Below, one piece after another: positions 58,328 to 64,000 of a stretch of DNA of 64,000 bases. How positions within the stretch are numbered: position 1 is the first letter of the stretch; each line of letters begins with the position of its first letter. The notes beneath the pieces are model-generated. The model was given only the letters and a program-made list of their open reading frames with translations. It was not told where the DNA came from and did no database searches. The DNA is taken from assembly GCA_938045545.1 (NCBI GenBank), contig CALIBN010000012.1, forward strand, positions 78,368 through 142,367. Reading direction: 5' to 3'. Source of the stretch: an uncultured archaeon. Its GTDB lineage: Archaea > Thermoproteota > EX4484-205 > JAAOZP01. The translations under genes and the position numbers were made by a program.

Positions 58328-58892
58328 AAGTTTTAAGGAGATCGTTGAAAAATTCGTCGACCTTAAGAACACCTCTGAACTGATGATCGATTTAGCTTAT
58401 TCAGCGCTATTGCTGAACAGCAAGGAGCTGGCTGAAGAAGTGCAGAGGCTTGAGGAGTATGTCGACAGGCTGCACACGGAATACGAGATGGCGGTCCTGT
58501 TAAGCCGGTTTAGAGAGGAGGAGGCTAAAGGGATTCTCGGCCTGATAAGGCTGGGCGTAGTCACGGAGGAGATAGCCGACGCCGCTGCTGAAATAGCTGA
58601 AGTCGTCTTAAGAGGAATAGAGCCCCATCCAGTAGTGCGGCTCGTAATAGAGGAGGCGGATGAAACCGTGACCTACGTGAATGTTTCAGAAGGCTCGTTA
58701 CTAGCAGGCAAGACGCTTCGAGAGGCCAGGATCCCGGAGGAAACCGGCATGTGGGTTCTCGCCGTAAAGAGGGGGGAAAAATACGTAAGGCCTAAGCCAG
58801 ACTTAAAGATAGACCCTGGAGACGTTTTAATAGCCTTCGGGTATGCTGAAGGCGAAGAAGACCTCAGAAGACTAGCTTCTCCTAGCAGCTAG
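58308..58892 (+). CDS. PhoU plus TrkA-C domain protein, tandem paralog
   Basis: DLKNTSELMIDLAYSA, IADAAAEIA, TGMWVLAVKRG. Confidence 0.85.
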   Translation: MQQSGHESFKEIVEKFVDLKNTSELMIDLAYSALLLNSKELAEEVQRLEEYVDRLHTEYEMAVLLSRFREEEAKGILGLIRLGVVTEEIADAAAEIAEVVLRGIEPHPVVRLVIEEADETVTYVNVSEGSLLAGKTLREARIPEETGMWVLAVKRGEKYVRPKPDLKIDPGDVLIAFGYAEGEEDLRRLASPSS

Positions 58893-58942
58893 ATCCGGTA
58901 AAGGCATATATTGGCGAACTCAGAATATACTTGACAGTCACC

Positions 58943-59757
58943 ATGGGTGCGGCCGGGGGCAGGAGCGTAGCGTTATAAATTACTACGAGAAGGCTGCTGA
59001 AGAATACGATAAGGAGTATGACATACCTTACTTTAAAAAGCTGTATGACAAGATTACTTGGCGTTATATTGAGCCTTATCTCCCAGAGTCGGGCGTCGTG
59101 CTGGACGCTGGCGGGGGAACTGGGAAATGGACAATCCCCATAGTTAGAAAAGGCTTGAAAGTGGTTCTCTACGACATATCTAGAGAAATGCTGAACGTGG
59201 CCAGGCGCAAGATAATGGAAGAGCATCTTGAAAACATGGTTGTCTTCAAGGAGGGAGACATATGTGAAATAGGCTTCCCTGAGAATCACTTCGACTTTGT
59301 TCTAGCCGAGGGGGATCCAATATCTTACTGCAGCAATCCTCATAGGGCAGTCGGAGAGCTCGCCAGGGTTCTTAAACCCGGGTGCTTCATGGCTGCAGGA
59401 GTGGACAGCCTGTTCAGCGTTGCGAGAACCATGCTTGTTCGCAAGGGGCCGGAGGAGGCTCTTAAAGTTCTTCGGGAGAAAAGGTTTTTCGCTGAAGCCT
59501 GGGGTTTCCAATGCTGGGCTTTTTCACCATCCGACCTGAGAAGCCTCTTCGAGGAGAACGGCTTAGAGGTCGTTAAGATAGTCGGCAAGACCGTGGCCTA
59601 CGTCTCCAAGCCTGAAACCGAGCATCTCCTCCAGGATGAAGAGAAGGCCGAGAAACTCTTAGAGCTTGAGCTGATGGTTTGCGAAGAACCCTCCATAGTC
59701 GGCTACGGGGGCCACTTGCATATTGTTGCAAGGAAGAAAACCGTCTTCACGGGCTAA
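58943..59757 (+). CDS. Class I SAM methyltransferase with apparent 5' frameshift
   Basis: VLDAGGGTG, RVLKPG; frame open upstream through NYYEKAAEEYD, but ATG 58943 is out of frame across a G5 run. Confidence 0.75.
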
Positions 59758-59785
59758 GGTCTACCTATAAACTAATAGTGCATGG

Positions 59786-61159
59786 TCATGAGGCGAGCCT
59801 CTTGTGATACGGGTTTATGTTTGAGCCTAGGGGCTCAGTGTTTCCAACTAGGGTTTCAACGTTCAACGGCAGCCGGTTGAAGACCCCGACTTCCCTCCCC
59901 TTCTTCCAAAAAGCATCCTCGATAACGTCGTAAACGGTTTCGAAGAGAGGCTTCTTCCTCTGCCTGAAGCCGAGCAGTGCCACGTCGATCATAAGGGCGA
60001 CCTGACTGCCCAGCGGCTGCGTAGTATAGGGCGTTACAGCCCCGTATCCTTCTTGGCACTCTGAGCAACCAGTGTTATGGATAAACGTGTAGGGCTCAAT
60101 AGGGGTTGAAACCCCGTTGAAGCCGCGGAGCTTCAGGTTTTCGAGGTACTGTTTCCCCTGCTGGTCAATATAGTTCGAGGGCAAGTCTTCCCTGGCTGCT
60201 GTCTGAACCGCCTCCATCACAACCATGTAAAGCATCTCGACAGCCTCGTGGAACTCTCTCTGCCCCCTGGTCATCGGCTCGCCAACCCTGAAAGTCCTCC
60301 TTATAACACCGTGATACCCGTTGAAAGTAGGGCTGACACCCATAGACACCATGTCGCCTTTCTGGATAACCCTGTTAGTCGCCGGGCCTATTATCGTGTA
60401 ATTCCTTTCGCCGGACGTCACGATGGTTGGGAAACCCGTTCTGCCTGCTCCCAGCTCCTTCATAACGTAGTCTCCTACTCCAGCGACTTCCAGCTCCCTC
60501 ATCCCCGGTGTTGAAACAGCCAGCATAGCCCTGAAGGCAGCGTCAGCAATAATGTTAGCCATCTCGCATATGGCTAGTTCCCTGTCAGACTTCTCATACT
60601 TTACGCGCTGCAGAAGCTCCTCGTCGAAAAACACCTTGTTAACGCCGAAAACCTTTTGGAGCAGCGCAACCTGCTCGTACGGTACTGCTTGAGGGCTTGA
60701 CAGAATTGCTGCGCGACTTCCCTCTGAAACCCCTAGGCGTTTCAAAACGTCTCGAAAAGACGTGAAGCATGCGTGCCTATAGTCCTCGTCGGATATCTGG
60801 AACTCTTTAAGGAAAACGATGTCTGCACCCGACTCCTCGACAGCCTCCTCAATAACATGCCCACCCTCCGGGCCAGCCAGTACGACCGGCTTGCCTTCTG
60901 AGGGAATAAGAATACCGTAACGCTCTATTATCGGGTCGAAGACGCCTGCGAGCCAAGCGATATCAGACCTGTCGAGCTCGCTGCCGCATGCGTACGCAAC
61001 GTCGTAGCCTTTCAAGCTCATCCTGTTTTGAAGAATACCCCATCTCTTCTCATACTCCTCTCTAGTTATTCTGAGTCCAAGGTTTATCCTAGGCCTGGTT
61101 TCCTCAATTATCTCGGCGGCGATGACGCCTATTTCCCTTTGGCTCAGCCTGCTGGCCAA
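59786..61159 (-). CDS. M24 pita-bread fold protein (Xaa-Pro peptidase/creatinase-like)
   Basis: KSDREL, PGMRELEV, IVTSG, IHNTG, IED. Confidence 0.75.
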   Translation of the reverse strand: MASRLSQREIGVIAAEIIEETRPRINLGLRITREEYEKRWGILQNRMSLKGYDVAYACGSELDRSDIAWLAGVFDPIIERYGILIPSEGKPVVLAGPEGGHVIEEAVEESGADIVFLKEFQISDEDYRHACFTSFRDVLKRLGVSEGSRAAILSSPQAVPYEQVALLQKVFGVNKVFFDEELLQRVKYEKSDRELAICEMANIIADAAFRAMLAVSTPGMRELEVAGVGDYVMKELGAGRTGFPTIVTSGERNYTIIGPATNRVIQKGDMVSMGVSPTFNGYHGVIRRTFRVGEPMTRGQREFHEAVEMLYMVVMEAVQTAAREDLPSNYIDQQGKQYLENLKLRGFNGVSTPIEPYTFIHNTGCSECQEGYGAVTPYTTQPLGSQVALMIDVALLGFRQRKKPLFETVYDVIEDAFWKKGREVGVFNRLPLNVETLVGNTEPLGSNINPYHKRLAS

Positions 61160-61290
61160 ACCCGTTCACCATCCAGCTTGTATATTATTTAACCGGTTTA
61201 GACTTATATGCATTCTCTCCAAGTGAAGCCGTGGCGCTAACAGCCTATGCAGGCAACCTTATAAGTTTCCATGAAGAATCATAGTCGATA

Positions 61291-62076
61291 ATGTTGAAGA
61301 AAAACATTTTGAGAAACAGGGTTGTGCTAGCAGTGGGCGCTCACCCTGATGATGTTGAGTTTTTAATGGCCGGCACGCTGGCTCTTCTCCGTGGAAAGGG
61401 GTGCAGGATTTTCATCGCAACGGTTTGCACAGGAGACATGGGTTCAACGAGGCTTAGGAACTGGGAGATCGCCAGCATCAGGTTCAGGGAGGCTGAGAAA
61501 GCCGCGAGCATTCTCGACGCATCATACACGTGCCTGGGAGAATCAGACCTGCATCTGGTTTTCGAAAACAGGACTCGTTTCAAGGCAGTTGAGCTTGTGA
61601 GAAGAGTTAACCCGGATATCGTCATAACCCACTCGCCTGAGGACTATATGATAGACCACCAGTTGACCGCAGACCTTATGTGGGACGCTTGCTTCAACGC
61701 GCCAATACCTAACTACGTGACGAACCAAGCTAACCCTGCGAAGCCGATTGATAGAATACCGTTCCTGTTCTACGCGGATGCCATCGGAGGCAGAAACAGG
61801 TTTGGCGAGAAGGTTCGCGTGGGTTTCTACGTGGACATTGGCCAGACGATCAGGGTCAAGGAGAGAATGCTTGCTCAACACAGGAGCCAGAGAGAATGGC
61901 TGCGCGCGCAGCACGGCATAGATGAATACATACTTCAGATGAGGAGATGGGCCAGGGAGAGGGGCTCGGAAGCCGGAAGGAAATATGCGGAAGCGTTTCG
62001 TCAGCATAGGGGACACCCGTTTCCTGAGGAGAACATTTTAGCTTCAATGCTGGGCTCCCTCTGCATAATACCTTGA
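61291..62076 (+). CDS. PIG-L/LmbE family deacetylase
   Basis: AHPDD, TGDMG, DYMIDH, HRSQ, YAEAF. Confidence 0.9.
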   Translation: MLKKNILRNRVVLAVGAHPDDVEFLMAGTLALLRGKGCRIFIATVCTGDMGSTRLRNWEIASIRFREAEKAASILDASYTCLGESDLHLVFENRTRFKAVELVRRVNPDIVITHSPEDYMIDHQLTADLMWDACFNAPIPNYVTNQANPAKPIDRIPFLFYADAIGGRNRFGEKVRVGFYVDIGQTIRVKERMLAQHRSQREWLRAQHGIDEYILQMRRWARERGSEAGRKYAEAFRQHRGHPFPEENILASMLGSLCIIP

Positions 62077-62399
62077 TCAGCGCGCGGGGCGCACCGTGAA
62101 GAGAATCGTGCATGGAGAGTTTACGGCTTTCCACTTCTATTCTCTTGAAGAGTTGAGAGGAGAATTTGAGCATAAGGCAAGGATTCTTTAAATCGTCGGG
62201 CTCGAAGGAATTTTCTCTACGCATCAAAGAAGATACAATAGGGTCTACAGGATGAAAAAGTATAATGCGATTCTAAGGGAGATCCGTCTTAAAACCTGTA
62301 CTGATCCGCATGTAGCGGCAATAAGTGAGCATTACATGCTAGTCTGCAAAAAGTAGATCCCCAGTTTAGAATTAGTCTGACGGTTTAAAACGTGCTGCC

Positions 62400-62779
62400 T
62401 GTAACCTCTTTTTCTCCAAGTCTACTGCATGTCTTCGCAACGCTTATACCAAAGTATTTCATAATCCTTCTAGGCACAACCCTGTTTTTCAAGTCGGAAA
62501 TCCTGCAGATCCCGCTTTCCCTACATCATTCTACGCATATTTCATAAGCCTCCCGGTCGAGCTCTTCATCCTCCCAGGTAAACTAGCATCTCTGGGACTC
62601 CGTATAAAAAGGCGGCGAAAGCCCCAGTATGGCTATCGACAAAGATCACATCGTCCCCAAGCTTCTTTATAGATATAGGTTTAATCGACTCGGGGTCACT
62701 TGGGTTAAACCTTTTCATCACTTCAAAGCTTTTCGAAGCTAATGTAGAGTTGACTAGGCTGTATATCTTTAAGCTTCAT
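62400..62779 (-). pseudogene. Degraded ParB-like hypothetical gene
   Basis: MKLKDIQPSQLYIS, frameshift, PISIKKLG..DSHTGAFAA..WEDEELDREAYEICVE-stop; 3' boundary approximate. Confidence 0.55.
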
Positions 62780-62930
62780 CTCGAATGTTTTTCAGACATC
62801 GAATCCTGTACTCTAAAAGGTCTAGCGCATTAAAGAAATTTGGTCTGATTGAAAGCAAATCGGAAACTGATAATGAGATTAGGAGCGGCCGGCTGAGAAA
62901 ACTCTGGGAGAATTAATTCCATTAGCTCTC

Positions 62931-64000
62931 CTAGTCAAACCTCGGAACCTCCATCTGTTTTCCTCCTCTTAAGGCTGATTGGTGGGCGATTATTCCCGGA
63001 ACAGTCATAGCTAAAGCCTCGTAGATCCCGATAGCGGGAGAACGAGTTTCAATTATGGATTCGATGAACTCGTGAACTATGAAAGCGTGAGAGTTGTCGT
63101 GCCCAGTCGGATGGCGCAATGGTTCCGGAAGCATACTCGTCCTCCACCATTCCGTTTGCTGGTAGCTTTCCTTTCGCGGCAAGTCTATGGGACTATCCCC
63201 AGCCCTCCAAACGATGTGGCCAGTACCATTGGGATGAGGCTCGAAAAGACTCATTTTCTCCCCGAACCATTGTCCCCTCTCGCATGGTCCGATAGGTGCA
63301 TTCCAGTAGACGGACACTCTGAAAGCATTACCTTTGTCTGTTATGAAGAATGCAGTCTCGTTCCAGAAAGGGTTGCCGTAGACGTTGTCCTTAAGTATTT
63401 GAGACTCGTCACCCCAGCCTACGCAGGAAACACTGACCATTCTCTCACCGGTAACCCCGACTAGGTATGCGGTGCAGTGTGTAGGATAATGCATCGGCGG
63501 AAACCCGTAACGCCAAGTCCTGTTACCATTCTTGTCGAAGAAGAGTGACGCTAACCCTGGATGATAGTATTCAGCCTCAGCGTAGAATATTCTGCCGAAT
63601 CTGCCCTCGCTAAACCATTTTCTTGCTGATATCACCGCCTGATGGTACCAGCTGGTCTCAGCCATCATATAATTCAACCCGCTCTTCCTCACAGCCTCGA
63701 GAAGCATACTTGCCTCCTCCAGGGTCATACAGGCTGGAACCGCGCACAAAACGTGTTTCCCAGCTTTCAAACACTCGACAGCATGTTGAGCATGATTGGG
63801 TGCGGGTGTGAAAAGGGCGACCGCATCAACCCTCCGGTCCTGCAGAAGCTCCTCAAAATCCTCATACGCCTTCCTGCATCCGTAAACCTGCATCAGACGC
63901 TGGCGTCTTTCAGGAATAGGGTCACACACTGCTTCCACAACGCAATGCGGATGCTTGTGCCATTCGAAAATAGACCCGAAGCCTCCGCCCACTATTCCTA
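62931..64000 (-). CDS. Gfo/Idh/MocA oxidoreductase (5' end outside the window)
   Basis: GGGFG, AGKHVLCAVP, YMMAET, HYPTH. Confidence 0.88.
   Translation of the reverse strand, partial: GIVGGGFGSIFEWHKHPHCVVEAVCDPIPERRQRLMQVYGCRKAYEDFEELLQDRRVDAVALFTPAPNHAQHAVECLKAGKHVLCAVPACMTLEEASMLLEAVRKSGLNYMMAETSWYHQAVISARKWFSEGRFGRIFYAEAEYYHPGLASLFFDKNGNRTWRYGFPPMHYPTHCTAYLVGVTGERMVSVSCVGWGDESQILKDNVYGNPFWNETAFFITDKGNAFRVSVYWNAPIGPCERGQWFGEKMSLFEPHPNGTGHIVWRAGDSPIDLPRKESYQQTEWWRTSMLPEPLRHPTGHDNSHAFIVHEFIESIIETRSPAIGIYEALAMTVPGIIAHQSALRGGKQMEVPRFD

Overview
Archaeal chromosomal window, probably a thermophilic TACK-type lineage (inferred from BRE/TATA promoters about 26-33 bp before mostly leaderless starts, GGTGA Shine-Dalgarno motifs, a GrsA-like GDGT ring synthase, Hjc, EndoQ, TrmI and RqcH). 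Most of it is housekeeping and carbohydrate-use genes with several decaying pseudogenes. Main points: (1) the 5' leader of the intein-containing rtcB gene folds into a tRNA-intron-like bulge-helix-bulge hairpin whose outer stem hides the rtcB Shine-Dalgarno sequence, suggesting an EndA/RtcB splicing-based feedback switch; (2) a 10.9 kb tyrosine-integrase element (32244-43106, 17 bp direct repeats) is inserted in the first codons of rqcH and supplies a replacement N-terminus; it carries a nuclease-MTase plus a separate SF2 helicase, a P-loop Rep-like gene with an internal inverted iteron array, and a small antisense gene with its own promoter nested inside the integrase; (3) an unassigned ~205 nt structured RNA closed by a relaxed BHB lies upstream of an intein-containing endoQ. 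No CRISPR array, tRNA or rRNA gene was recognised. All assignments are by eye; no searches or folding programs were run.
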